A stretch of DNA of 64,000 nt from Carcharhinus longimanus (taxonomy: Eukaryota). This document shows positions 62,960 through 64,000 of the stretch, piece by piece (the first letter of the stretch is position 1; each line of letters begins with the position of its first letter). Below the pieces are notes generated by a model. That model saw only the letters and a program-made list of their open reading frames with translations. It had not been told where the DNA came from and made no database searches. The position numbers and the translations under genes were made by a program. The stretch is from assembly GCA_030264375.1 (NCBI GenBank), contig JASCQW010000133.1:34292076-34356075 (forward strand). Direction: 5' to 3'.

Positions 62960-64000
62960 AGCAACCCACTTCAAGTTACAGCCTTGTTCTCCTGACAGTC
63001 TTAAACCTTTCATGACCTTTGTTATGATTTGTGTGATGATCTGAATCCTTAATTCTGTTGTCCAGCTGGGTGGGACTTGCTTCACCTGGTTCCATTCCTA
63101 GCTATCTATTCATAGTCAGCAAATCACTTCTACTGACTTTTCATCCTGCTCCTGCATTGCTACCTTTGAAGTCACTCAAGAATCTATTACTAGCCTCCTC
63201 CTATTTCTCATCCACATACTTCCTTAGGAACATCACCTGAGGCAACATTAAATTCCACATATAAATAGACAACATACCTGACCACTCTTGACCCTTCTCT
63301 TTCCGCTGATGAGGTTAGACATTGGATGAACAGAAAATTCTTCCAGTTCTATATTGGGAAGACTAAAGCAATTATCTTCCAGCCCCATTACAAATCCTGT
63401 ACCCTAGTCACTCCAGCCATCTCACTCTGAGTCAGAACTTGACTTTGCAACCATAGCATCCTACTTTATACTGAGATTGCATATCCTCCCCATCACAATG
63501 ACTGCTTATTTTTACCATTATAAGGTTATTACTGTGCTGCTACTTCAACCTAACTGCTGAAATCCTCATCAATGCCACTGTTACTTCTACACTTGACTAT
63601 TCTAATGCTCTCATGTCCGGTTGCCCACTTTGCACAAGCTAACAACTAACTCATCTCTGCTATACCTATTGTAGCACACACTAAGTCCTATTCATTCCTC
63701 ATCCATGTGCTTGTTGGGCTGGATTAGCCCTCCGTCAGGAAATTCCTGTCTTTAAAATCTCATCCTTGTTTTCAAATGTGACCATAGTCCAACCCTACCT
63801 ACCACTCAACCATTTGTTAGACAATCCACAGAGATCTTGGCAGTTCTTCAATTCTGGCCTTTTGCCAGGCTTGATTTTCATTGTTGATTGTGCCTTTAAC
63901 TGTTGAGGTCCCAAGCTCTGAAATTCCCTCCTGAAATCTGTCTACCTCCCTAAGTCTCACTCCTCCTAACCCGCTACCAATTTTTGGATTAGCTGTCCTA
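62960..64000 (+). mobile_element. Old L2-type LINE fragment
   Basis: Remnants such as LINATVTSTLDYSNALMSG and aatattgggaagactaaagcaattatcttc typical of the L2 ORF2 C-terminal half. Confidence 0.6.

Overview
Vertebrate nuclear DNA, very probably from a shark or other elasmobranch (inferred from many HE1/V-SINE-type SINEs and HER1/CR1-type LINE tails). The whole window lies inside one + strand gene, HECTD4 (giant HECT-family E3 ligase). I traced 32 consecutive internal coding exons (1604-62677) whose splice phases join without a stop. The start codon and the C-terminal HECT domain are outside the window. Introns hold decayed mobile DNA: CR1, L2, RTE and Rex1 LINEs, tRNA-derived SINEs, a Gypsy (Mag-like) remnant, a pogo-type transposase, a hAT MITE and Penelope-like (PLE) fragments. 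There are eight N-gaps. Most listed ORFs are partial exons, repeat remnants or noise. I see no clearly new gene system. Best leads: (i) tiny TSD-flanked, inverted PLE-derived insertions carrying minimal hammerhead ribozyme motifs, (ii) a LINE that appears to share both its tRNA-like head and its 3' tail with a short SINE, (iii) splicing oddities (a GC-AG intron, a tandem donor, a NAGNAG acceptor). Gene and family names come from my recognition of the sequences, not from database searches. Repeat boundaries are approximate unless a TSD is given.
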